From: Eledone cirrhosa
Lineage: Eukaryota
Length of the DNA: 64,000 nt
Reading direction: 5' to 3'
NCBI GenBank assembly: GCA_964016885.1
Contig: OZ024742.1
Coordinates: 337,404,001-337,468,000, forward strand
Program-made: the position numbers and the translations under genes
Notes under the pieces: model-generated
The model's database searches: none
Told to the model about the DNA's origin: nothing
The model's input: only the letters and a program-made list of their open reading frames with translations
In this document: one piece after another, positions 53,119 to 64,000 of the stretch
How the letters are laid out: every line of letters begins with the position of its first letter
Position numbering within the stretch: position 1 is the first letter of the stretch

Positions 53119-53160
53119 TACATACATCCTTCCTCAGTTTTATATATATACATATATAGA
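52628..53160 (+). mobile_element. Helentron-associated (HINE/DINE-1-like) non-autonomous element
   Basis: Starts actagcagtggtacccggcgttgcatggg; internal duplication of ttttcacctaatgcgggccctaggggatcaa (~52799, ~52931); (CA)n, then cagttttatatata end. Confidence 0.7.
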
Positions 53161-53640
53161 TTAAAATAACAGATTAAAGTTTAAGCAAAGAATCGTTGCT
53201 TTCACCCTTAACGGGATCTTCTGAAACTAAAAAAATCAATCTGTGAACGCAGAAGTAAATATTTCGAAAAACGTTGCAACCGAAGGAAAACAGGAAGACG
53301 ATACTTTGGTTCGTGAAGATGTTCCTTGGCAATGAACGGAAAATAGCGAACATAATACGTCATCATAGTTTGTCATAATGTCGTAATGCAGACATCAGGC
53401 ATACAGACAGATATTATAAGAGCGCGATAGAGATGGATAACCGGCGCCTAACACCCATTTAACAACAGAAAAATGAAAATAAAAGCTGCAGTTAATATCT
53501 TTAGACCGCAAGGAATATATAAATGCAAGTTTGAAGTCAATCGGAGTAGAAATGTGGATTTGTATAGACGTTGCAAAAATGAGGACACACACACACATAC
53601 ACACAGACAACATCAGTTTTATATATATATATATATCTAA
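53161..53640 (+). mobile_element. Second HINE-like element, 3' portion
   Basis: atgcaagtttgaagtcaatcgg..(CA)n..catcagttttatatat has the same terminal layout as the preceding element. Confidence 0.5.
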
Positions 53641-53838
53641 CAAAACTTATTATAGCGACACATACTCTTATTTGTTATAATGGAATGGTTAGTATACTTA
53701 ATATATTCTTTTTATTTATTTATATTCACCATTCCTTCCGTAGGTAATATGTTTGTCACTGGTGGTTTTTGATCCCCTATGATTGAACGCATATCTCTAT
53801 GTGTACTTCTCTCTATATATTAATTTATATATATATAT

Positions 53839-54178
53839 ATCATCATCATCATCATCATCATTTTACGTCCGTTTTTCCCTGCTTGCAAGGGTGGGAAGGG
53901 AACTGATTCTGGCTTGATTTCTACAGCTGGATGCCCTTCCTAACACCAACCTCATTTACAGTGAGTGCTGGGTGCTTTTTTTGCCGTGGCACCTCCACGA
54001 CCACTTTGCAGTGGAATGATAGGGACCCCAGTCCTATCATCTCATTTCTACAGCTGAGTAAACTGGAGCAATGTGAAATAAAGTGTCTTGCTCAAGGACA
54101 CAACACATCACCTGGTCTGAGAATTGAACTCACAACCTTTTGATTGCAATGCTCTACCCACTAAGCCATGTGCCTCCA
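53839..54178 (-). mobile_element. Complete tRNA-derived SINE with CORE-like domain and RTE-derived 3' tail
   Basis: A box tggcttagtgg, B box gagttcaattc, CORE-like block, one 48-mer-related unit, tail cccacccttgcaagcagggaaaaacggacgtaaaatgatg shared with RTE family B. Confidence 0.9.
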
Positions 54179-54201
54179 TATATATATATATATATATATA
54201 T

Positions 54202-54806
54202 GGTGGCTGCCAACTCGTTTTCGAGTACGGCCACTACTTTATATCCATGTAGGAGAACCTCTACCGATGCGCTGAACGAGTGTGACTTTTTAGTCCAGCC
54301 AGCGACTTGAAAACTCTGGTACAAACACTACACTTGTGACAATTATTGACACATAGTGCTGGGCCCATGGTACCATGTGACGACAAGTGCAGAGAGATCT
54401 CCAGATATAAAGCAATGCCTGTACCGTGAAGCTTTTATAGTGAGCAAAGGCACTGCACAAAGCCAGTCCCACTCTCTTAACCAAGATGATATTTACCAAA
54501 AAGAAGAACAAGTCAACATCATTGGATACCATCAGGGTTGCAGGTGTTATATCAGAGTTTTCCTTCTCCTAGAATTCTTCCTTGAGAAAGGCTAAGGGGT
54601 CATCTCTCCCGATGATTTTGGATGGCCTTTGACTCTTAAGAGCTCCTTTGCCTTTTGACAGGTTTTGTTTTTAGTCCTGCAGGATGTCCAAAGTCACCCT
54701 CCTCACCAAGAAACCTTGGTGGGGTTGCCAGTTTAGTCGCCAACGACCCGACCATGAGACAGGTTGTACTAGGATATATGTTACCAGTACCACCAACTGG
54801 TGACCT
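54202..54806. repeat. Unclassified ~600-bp element flanked on both sides by (TA)n
   Basis: Sharp boundaries with TA tracts; homologous to 48091-48332; terminal hairpin. Confidence 0.6.
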
Positions 54807-55039
54807 GACATGAATCTATATATATATATATATATATATAAACACACATATATATAAATATATCTTTTACACACACACGCACGCACACATACATATATAT
54901 ACACATGTATATATATGTATATTCGTATATATGTATATATATAACTTTCTTTTTATTTGCCACCAGGGCATCAAAGAGTGGGACAAGTACAATGTGGGGA
55001 GTTTACATAAAAAGGCGTCCTCACTAAGGAGGAGGCAAT

Positions 55040-56211
<1,172 letters not shown>

Positions 56212-56243
56212 ATATATGTATATATACATATACATATATATAG

Positions 56244-56535
56244 CATCATCATCATCATCATCGTTTTACGTCCGCTCTTCCACACTAGCATGGGTTAGAT
56301 GGGTTGTCCTGTTGTGGGCACTGTCCAGTTAGCTGACCTTATCTTGCTCATACAGGAACTGATTCTGGCTTGATTTCTACAGCTGGATGCCCTTCCTAAC
56401 ACCAACCTCATTTACAGTGAGTGATGGGTGCTTTTTTTCGTGGCGCCTACACGTCCACTTTACAGTGTGGGATGGGTGCGTTTTTGCCGTGGCACCTCCA
56501 CGACCCCTTTGCAGTGGTAGGGTGTGGGGACATAT
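56244..56535 (-). mobile_element. RTE-type 3' end with 2-3 48-mer-related units; same tail type as the satellite host
   Basis: Reverse complement cagttcctgtatgagcaagataaggtcagctaac..cacaacaggacaac..cccatgctagtgtgg aligns with 44252-44335; units at 56405-56520; (GAT)n tail. Confidence 0.8.
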
Positions 56536-56909
56536 TGTCTATATGCTTGTCTATATCAATGAATTTTGGCTATCTTTAAAACACCTAACTACTTATGAGT
56601 GATTTATTTCAATTTTAAAATAATAGTGAATGTTTTGATAATTTGTGGCACTGAGACAACAAGTAAACATAAATTGAATGCAAAATATGGACATTTGAAA
56701 TGGAAAGGAGGTTGGTAATGTCATTCGCAAAGGTAACTTTATTGCTAGTTGCATTTTTCAATTATATTTACAGTAGTTGAATCAGAGTATTGATCAGGTT
56801 CACAAAATTGGGACATGCCTTTGGTAACAGACTCAAAGTGAAATTCACAAGCTGTTGAATTATTGGCTGCTAATGATGAGGATTTTCCATAGGTTTGTCA
56901 CTGAACCTA

Positions 56910-57180
56910 TAGTGGTGGAGTCATCAAGTATCCTTGGTCCCCAAACCACCTTACCCACTGCTATCAGGGCAGAGTTTGCCACCGACAGGAGTGAGCCCCA
57001 CAAGTTGGAATAGCTATTTCAACATATCTTCCTTGCTATGCTCTGGAGTAATGCTTTCTCAATTCTGTCCATTGAGACCATGCGTCAGCTTGCACCTAGG
57101 GTTCTGCATGTCAGAGAGCCATCTCCCACACTGTCTGGGTGTGATCACTAGGGGTAGTGATGGTATTGGTTGCTGATATC
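56910..57180 (-). repeat. Old interspersed repeat homologous to 6650-6850
   Basis: Shared blocks listed under 6650-6850. Confidence 0.45.
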
Positions 57181-57816
57181 TACAACATCTATCAACACAT
57201 ACATGGTATTTAAATCACAATAATTTTCTTTCATATTTTTTGCAAATTATTGTAGTTTGAGATTTCGTTTTCTTTTCTATTTAGTCAGGGCCCCTGAGAC
57301 TGATGGAAAAATGGAAACAAGATATCCCCAGTATGGAGAATGAACCCAATGCTTGTGAGGTTAAACCAGGTGATGGATTAAGCCTACCATCTAAGCAGGT
57401 CATAGTGAAATTCAAACTAAGAACACAAAGAGACTGAACAAATGCTGTAAGACATCTCATTCAATGCTCTAAAAATTCCATCAACCCTGAAAGGATGAAA
57501 GTTATAGTTAACTCCAATGAAATTTGAACTAAAAATTCAGACAACTGGGAGAAATACTGATTTAATGATTCTGCCAATTCACCAACTTAGTATAAAGAAA
57601 TGTTTGACTTTCATTTTAAAATATGAAGTGAGCCGAGTCAGAATTCTGATTTATGAGTCCCTTAGCCAGGGAAAGATTCTAACTATTGGAAAAGATAACT
57701 GAAAGAGGTTAATAAAACAAGTTGGTGCTACCAGATTATATTTCTGCAATATGCATATGCTCCTCTAATAAAAAACAAACAAATGTAGACTGAATATCTT
57801 TCTAAATATTCAAAAC

Positions 57817-57880
<64 letters not shown>

Positions 57881-57881
<1 letters not shown>

Positions 57882-57952
57882 AGACCCGTCCCACCCTTGC
57901 AAGCAGGGAAAAGCGGACGTAAAATGATGATGATGATGATGATGATGATGAT
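57881..57952 (+). mobile_element. Extremely 5'-truncated RTE family B 3' end
   Basis: aagacccgtcccacccttgcaagcagggaaaagcggacgtaaa followed by (ATG)n, directly after (TA)n. Confidence 0.8.
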
Positions 57953-58251
57953 ATAAACGTTTGTATATGTAAAATAAAGCCAAAACAATGCAGGTATGGA
58001 CATAGAATAAAGAATGCAAATGCAAAAGATATTGTTGACAATTAGTCTTTTACCTTAGATTTATTTAAGTGTCCTTAATTTTCGAGATAATATCTCTTCT
58101 TCGGAGGGAAGTAACGCGGTTAAACCAGTGTTCTAAATAGCTTGCCAAGTCATGCTGACAGGAAATGGTATAGAGTATCTGTTCTATCTCTAATGTCAAA
58201 GAGTTAAGGTTAGGTGGATAAAGAGTAGTCTCCCTTTAAAAGGTTTTTTTT

Positions 58252-58296
<45 letters not shown>

Positions 58297-59178
58297 CACA
58301 TTAAACCTAAGCCAAAATCTCGATTTGGGAGGATATAAGCTAGACTGACTAAATAATTCAGTTTTACTCATATAGTTCCCCAACCATGGTTTCTGGAATT
58401 CAAGAAACAATATTAATTATTTCAAAACATTAGAACAATCAATATTGAAAGAATTTGAATTCCGTCTTCAGGGGTAGAATTCTTTCAAATAAGAAGAGAT
58501 ATTGAATATATACCATACATACCATGTTAATGCCGAACTGCATGAATTCAAAATAGGAGATACACAGGACAATGGAAAAGACAATGGAAAGAATAACGGA
58601 AAAACAGATGGATCCATCTCCTGAGTCAACCTCTGTAAATCCCTATGGTTTCAGTTTATTAAGGCTGATACCATTTATTCCAGTGCACACTGGGACATAA
58701 AAAAACAGGTAGAGACAAGTTATGCCTTTTGGTGACTTACACAAATGTAGATGAAAAAGTATCCCAAGTATGTCAATTGATAAAGAATGGAGAGAATGGT
58801 GTGCGAGGGCCAAAGGAGAAGAAATATAGAAAAAAAGAGAAACAGTAAAACAGAAGAGAATACTATGGGCTGTAATTTAATGTGCAGACAAAGAATAATG
58901 TTACTGGGGCATAGAAAATGTAAGAAGGGAAAATAGAGGAAGACAGACCAGGTGATATCTATTATATGATAGTTTCAAAAAAAGTCCACATGACTAAGTC
59001 TTTAGTACATGAATTCACAATAGGGGTGCATTGGAATGAATGGTACAACATTAATGCACCAAAATTGTAGTGATTTCCAGAGGTTGACTGAGGAGATGGG
59101 ACTGTCCGACTATCTGTTGTTTTTTCCTTTGCCTTTGTCCTGTGCATGCCCTCTTTTCTGCTTTTTCTTCTTCATCTT

Positions 59179-60380
59179 TGATATAGTGGCATATATTAAT
59201 GACATAGATATTAATGACATTGATATAGTGGCATATATTAATGACATAGATGCCAACTTACAGAATGCCATGGTACTAAAATATGCAGATGACATCAAGC
59301 TGTACCTTGAAATCAAAAGGACTGATCCTGAAATTTACAATTCTTTCCTACAGTCAGACCTGGACACAATGCAGCAATGGATCACAGACTCGCAACTGAA
59401 GCTGGCTGTGGACAAGTGTACCACCATGCATTTTGGAAGGAAAAATCCAGCGTCCACATACTCCCTCCACAACACTGACATCATAAAGTCCTCTTGTGAA
59501 CGTGACCTGGGCATTACTGTCAGCAACGATTTGCATTGGACAAAGCATGTCTCTAAGATTGTCAAGAAGGCCGAGGGTGTCTTGGCATCACTCAGCAAGA
59601 CCTTTGTTAGCCGCTCGCCAGCCATCTATTTAAAACTGTATACAGCTATGGTGCGACCACACTTGGAATTCGCATCATCAGTCTGGAACCCCTATCTTGC
59701 TCGGAACATTGACCTCCTGGAAACTGTTCAGAGACGTGCAACCAAGCGCATACCCTCCATCAGACACCTACCATACTCTGAACGCCTTGCTTCCCTGGGC
59801 ATGGATTCATTGAAGCTCCGACGTCTGGCAATGGACTTGGTGAATACCCACAAAGTTTTTAACCATCTCGCCAACTGCAACCCTGAGCGCCTCTTTGATC
59901 TCCATGTGTCTAACACGTGGACATGCCTACAAGATAAGAAAACAGCACAGCTCCCATGACTTTCGCAGACATTTTTTCACGCTCAGAGTTGCTGAAGCAT
60001 GGAACAAACTGCCTGCGTCAGTTGTTAGCTGCCGAGACACTGCATCCTTTAAGACACTCATGCTTCCCAAAATACGCCAAAACTACACCTGATGTACCCC
60101 TTCCATACACATGCACACATGTGTGTATCATGACTGGTGCACAGTTCATTTTACTGATGTTTGTGCATTGCCCTATGTACTGAACATGCACTTTTTTGAT
60201 GAGTTGTGGTGCACCTGGGCACTGTACACAATATTTCATTATTGTTATTGTTATTATATCATGACTCATACACTGTTCATTTTCCTGACATTTTTACATT
60301 ATTCTATGTACTATACATGCACCTTTGATGAGTTGTAGTGCACCTGAGCACTGTACACAATAATTTCATTATTATTATTA
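59179..60380 (+). mobile_element. CR1-group LINE 3' fragment with RT end and doubled 3' UTR
   Basis: AYINDID..LKYADDIKLY..LQSDLD..KCTTMHFG..ERDLG..VRPHLEFASSVWNPY..VQRRATK; two successive 3' ends. Confidence 0.92.
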
Positions 60381-61029
60381 TAGCTGAAGTGTCCTCCCAA
60401 CCCTTTGTTTGCCATTTTTTCTATGGCTGAAATCCCTTCCACTTTACAGAGTGTGCGAGGTGTGTTTATTGTGTGAATCATCAACACTAGAGAAGTTGTT
60501 CTGCTCTTGATACAATTGGAGAATCCTTTCAACAGTTCCTATTGATCCAGCAGGATTCCCAGTTGCTACTACCAACCACATTACAGGGCATACTGGGTGC
60601 ATTGCTTATGGCACGAACATTAGAGAAATACACACACACAGTCTCTTTCTCAGCTTATTCAAGCTTTGTCATTCATGCATATTAAATTAAACTATAAGTA
60701 CAGGAGAAATTGATTTGTGGTAGAATATGTCCTTGAGCAAGACACTTTATTTCACATTGCGCCAATCCACTTTGTTAAAGTGTAAACATTATTCACAAAC
60801 TTAACGTCCTCAAATACACAATGTCTTTCATCTTCCAGAAGCAGATAAAATACATTCCAATCTCTATTGGGTAGTAAGGGAATGCTAACACAATTTTGAG
60901 AACCAATCAAGTTTAATTATTTAAGATTAAGGAAAAAATAATTACGATGTATTCTGCTCAAGAAGTAAAGTCAGGGGAGAGAACTTACAAATATTTATTG
61001 ATTTAAATTAATAAAAAATATCTTCTTCG

Positions 61030-61355
61030 CCCACTTATTCCTGAGAGAGTCATGGAGGCAGAGCCCTCAAACATTCCTTCTAGCGGTTTCTGTCAGAGGG
61101 CAACCATCTCCAACTGATCCAACTGGATTCTCAGGCGAGACAATCCAAGCTTATGAATATCTTGCTCGTGGTCTACCCCTGGGTCTCCTGCTGGCTGGTT
61201 TTGCGTATCGAATCTGTTCAGTGATTCTTACCTGAGACATTCTAACCACATGCCCAGAGTATTGGAGCTGTGATCTCTCAATTCAGAGAAGTAGCGGCTC
61301 TACCTGGCGTGACTCTCTCATCTCCAAGCTACACACTCTATCAAGTAACGTTACC
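61030..61355 (-). mobile_element. Degenerate Expander/Rex3-like RTE 3' fragment
   Basis: Colinear with 4040-4240 (cattctaaccacatg..ggagctgtgatctct..tatcaagtaa.gttac). Confidence 0.7.
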
Positions 61356-61374
61356 TAGTCCAAATATTTTATTA

Positions 61375-61615
61375 GTTTTATTTGTGTACACGAAAGTGAG
61401 AAGTTCTAAAAGTATTTATGTCCCTAGTTAAATTATTTTGGAAATTGTTGGGGTATTCATCGAATTTAATATTAGCTAAGTCTAGAAAGGCTACTTCAAA
61501 AGGAGAAAGGTCATTTATTCTGGGTGGGCAGTTCCTGGTTTTGAGGTTGTAGTGCTTGGCTGTTCCTGTGACTTTCCCTGTCAAAGACAAATGCTTTCTA
61601 TCCCAAATTTGAATT
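61375..61615 (-). mobile_element. Penelope-like element ORF fragment, upstream of RT
   Basis: HYNLKTRNCPPRINDLSPFEVAFLDLANIKF..NNFQNNLTRDI resembles the YGFKSxxxPP..LxxFExDL..NIKF..FQxxLxxDI pre-RT motif of Penelope-like elements. Confidence 0.6.
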
Positions 61616-61624
61616 ATATCTTAC

Positions 61625-61937
61625 ACTTTCTGCACTTGGGTTTAAGAGGATTCTGCGGTGGTGTGCAGGAGAGAAGATTGTGTTTGTATGGACATGTGAT
61701 GCACATGGGCACTAATTGTTGAGTGAAGGAGTGCCAGGAAATGCCAGTGGAATGAAGCTGTGGTAGAAGTAAATCAAGAAAGACCTGGGCAGAGGCGTTG
61801 AGAGCATATGACAAAGGAACGAGATGAGTGGAGAGATGCCATGCTGAGGAGGACCTGTCCAACCCTTGCAAACGTGGAAAAGCGAACGTAAAAATGATGA
61901 GGATGATGATGATGATGGTGATGATGATGATGATGAT
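61625..61937 (+). mobile_element. RTE family B 3' fragment with (GAT)n tail
   Basis: ERRLCLYGHVM..KTW..WRDA-like sequence, cctgtccaacccttgcaaacgtggaaaagcgaacgtaaaatgatga. Confidence 0.8.
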
Positions 61938-62316
61938 CTTAGAGTAGTATTGGTTGGAGGGTGTAGAAATGTTTTGAATTGACTAGCCAATTTCATGAGG
62001 AAATAGTTCAGGAATATGTAGCATGCTCCACAGAAGGTGAATAGATTGCCAATCATATGTGTGAATAGAATATATAGAATCTGAGATCATAGGGAAACAT
62101 GTGTTGGCACTGATTAAGTGTGTATTTGTATGGACCCATAACTCCTGGTGAAGTTGTAGGGTCAATCATAAAATACAGTGATTTTTTTAAACCTGATGGA
62201 TCTCATTCCCTTTCTGGGTTTGAACACAACTAATTTCTTATAGAGATGGAAGTGAGAGGAGGGAAGAGAGGGGGAAGAGGGAGGAGAGTGGTAAGAGGGA
62301 GAGGGGAAATAAATAA

Positions 62317-62347
<31 letters not shown>

Positions 62348-62390
62348 TTTTTTTTTTTCTTAAATAGAGGTGTAACACATGAGTTGTGAT

Positions 62391-62629
62391 ATATTGGTAA
62401 AAGGAAAAGAAAATGCTGACAAATTTTTTTTTGCTCTAATCTAGATTAGAGCAAACATCACGAGCGCTCTATCTCAAAATTATTTTTGAAAAGCATTAGA
62501 AATGCGCAACCGGTAAAAACTTAAAACTAAAACTGAATACTAACCAATACTTATTACTAATTTATACTTATTCCTAATTAAACTATTTTTCACTGGGAAA
62601 AATTTGTCAGCATTTTCTTTTCCTTTTTA

Positions 62630-62636
<7 letters not shown>
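62391..62636. mobile_element. Small MITE-like element with ~37-bp TIRs and an internal 26-bp palindrome
   Basis: atattggtaaaaggaaaagaaaatgctgacaaattttt pairs with aaaaatttgtcagcattttcttttcctttttactaatat; palindrome at 62430-62455. Confidence 0.7.
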
Positions 62637-62663
<27 letters not shown>

Positions 62664-62666
<3 letters not shown>

Positions 62667-63270
62667 TCATCATCATCATCATCATCATCGTTTAACGTCC
62701 GTGTTCCACGCTTGCATGGGTTTGGACGGGGGTTTTCCCACTTGAGGCAAGAGTGATTGTCTTGCTCGCATAGGACTGTCTGGCAGGTTTTCTACAGCTG
62801 GATGCCCTTCCTAACACCAACCACATTTACAGTGTGGGTCTGGGAGGTTTTTACCGTGTTGCCTACACAGCCACATTACAGCGTGGACTGTGTGTTTTTT
62901 TGTCGTGACACCTACACGATCTCATTTGTTTCGGCCTGGATGGTGTGGCACCAACATAACTTTACATAGAAGGGGGGCGGTGTGGATGGGGTGGGGGGGG
63001 GGTGTATTTTGTTAGAGATGCCTACTGACTGTAGTAGGTTTTACTTTGTATTTAGGTAAGGCGGGTCTTCTCTATTACTGAGTACCGCCAAAGGTCTCGG
63101 TCCAGTGACATTGTCTTGGAGAGGTGTAAGTGTGTGAGGTCGGAGTTTATCAGCTCGTCCCAGGTTTTTCTGGGTCTGCCTATTCCGTGGCTACCGTCTA
63201 TCTTTATTGCCCTGCACTTTGTTATACAGCTATCATCCTTCATGCGCATCACGTGACCATACCAACGTAG
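62664..63270 (-). mobile_element. RTE family A 3' fragment (ORF end, ~3 48-mer units, tail)
   Basis: Peptide nearly identical to the C-terminus of the 223-3255 ORF; UTR colinear with 3256-3638. Confidence 0.93.
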
Positions 63271-63349
63271 ATTTAGCTTGCACCAAATCCCTCACCTGCA
63301 TGAAGAATTGATGAGCATGGCATCAATTGGGTGTAGATTCTAAGCCTAA

Positions 63350-63419
<70 letters not shown>

Positions 63420-63761
63420 CATTGCCACAACCCAGTACTGGACTGGTAATTTTTTAACAATCTCAATATGATGATAGTCTAAATTAACCTCAGCGGGGGA
63501 ATGCAGAGAACCGGAACAAATACTGTAAACCATTCCATTTGATGTTTTAATGACTCTGCAAATTCGCTGCTATTAATGAATTAGAATATTCAAAAGTGAG
63601 GAGAGAACTTTATCTTGAATTCACTTACATGAAAGTTTTAGTAAAAAAACTGTCAAATAATGCATTGATGTAACTTGTTTTAGGCTTAGAATCTACTCCC
63701 AATTGATGCCATGCTCATCAATTCTTCATGCAGGTGAGGGATTTGGTGCAAGCTAAATCTA
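63268..63761. mobile_element. 88-bp inverted repeat pair enclosing (GA)n and a probable SINE remnant (MITE-like or inverted duplication)
   Basis: 63268-63355 is the reverse complement of 63674-63761 with one mismatch seen. Confidence 0.75.
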
Positions 63762-63788
63762 TTTGTGCCCATATACTTATGTGTTCAG

Positions 63789-64000
63789 ATCATCATCATC
63801 ATAATTTAATATCCATTTTCCACATTAGCATGAGTTAGAGGTAAGTTGGGTCAGGTGACCATGTCTTGCTCATATAGAACTGTTTCTGGCTTGGTTTCTA
63901 TGGTTGGATGCCCTTACTAATACCAACCACATTTACAGTGCGTGCTGGATGCTTTTTGTTGTGACACCTACATGACCACTTTACAGTGTGGGCTGAGTGC
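63789..64000 (-). mobile_element. RTE-type 3' tail with a unit matching the satellite monomer; continues past the window edge
   Basis: Reverse complement contains cacactgtaaagtggtcatgtaggtgtcacaacaaaaagcatccag, then actgtaaatgtggttggtattagtaagggcatccaacc and an (ATG)n tail. Confidence 0.85.

Noticed and set aside
53308-53352. Third hammerhead-like string gttcgtgaagatgttc..gaacggaaaatagcgaac
   Set aside because: Stems are plausible but the core lacks C3 and stem III is not convincing.
54100-54178. tRNA gene
   Set aside because: A and B boxes belong to a SINE head; no complete cloverleaf.
59036-59959. 307-aa host gene
   Set aside because: A truncated CR1 RT fragment read through from unrelated upstream sequence.

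Overview
Repeat-saturated, gene-free eukaryotic window. The repeat families resemble those of octopus/cephalopod genomes (inference, not a database result). No host protein-coding gene is supported. About 57% of the window (~7935-44202) is one head-to-tail array of a 48-bp monomer (~750 copies, estimated as length/48) with recurring variant monomers and nested higher-order duplications. The array sits inside a single RTE-clade LINE remnant: a decayed ORF C-terminus and C-rich spacer lie 5' of it, and the RTE 3' tail with a (GAT)n-like end lies 3' of it. Other RTE/SINE 3' ends in the window carry only 1-3 copies of the same unit, so a LINE 3'-UTR module appears to have expanded in situ into a satellite. 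The window opens with a 5'-truncated RTE LINE inserted in a tRNA-derived SINE. The SINE supplies an in-frame ATG, giving a 1010-aa APE-RT-PHD ORF whose first RT catalytic Asp is replaced by Asn. The rest holds decayed RTE, CR1, Penelope-like and Tc1/mariner fragments, SINEs, Helentron-type elements, MITE-like inverted repeats, two hammerhead-ribozyme-like motifs, microsatellites and a 200-N gap.
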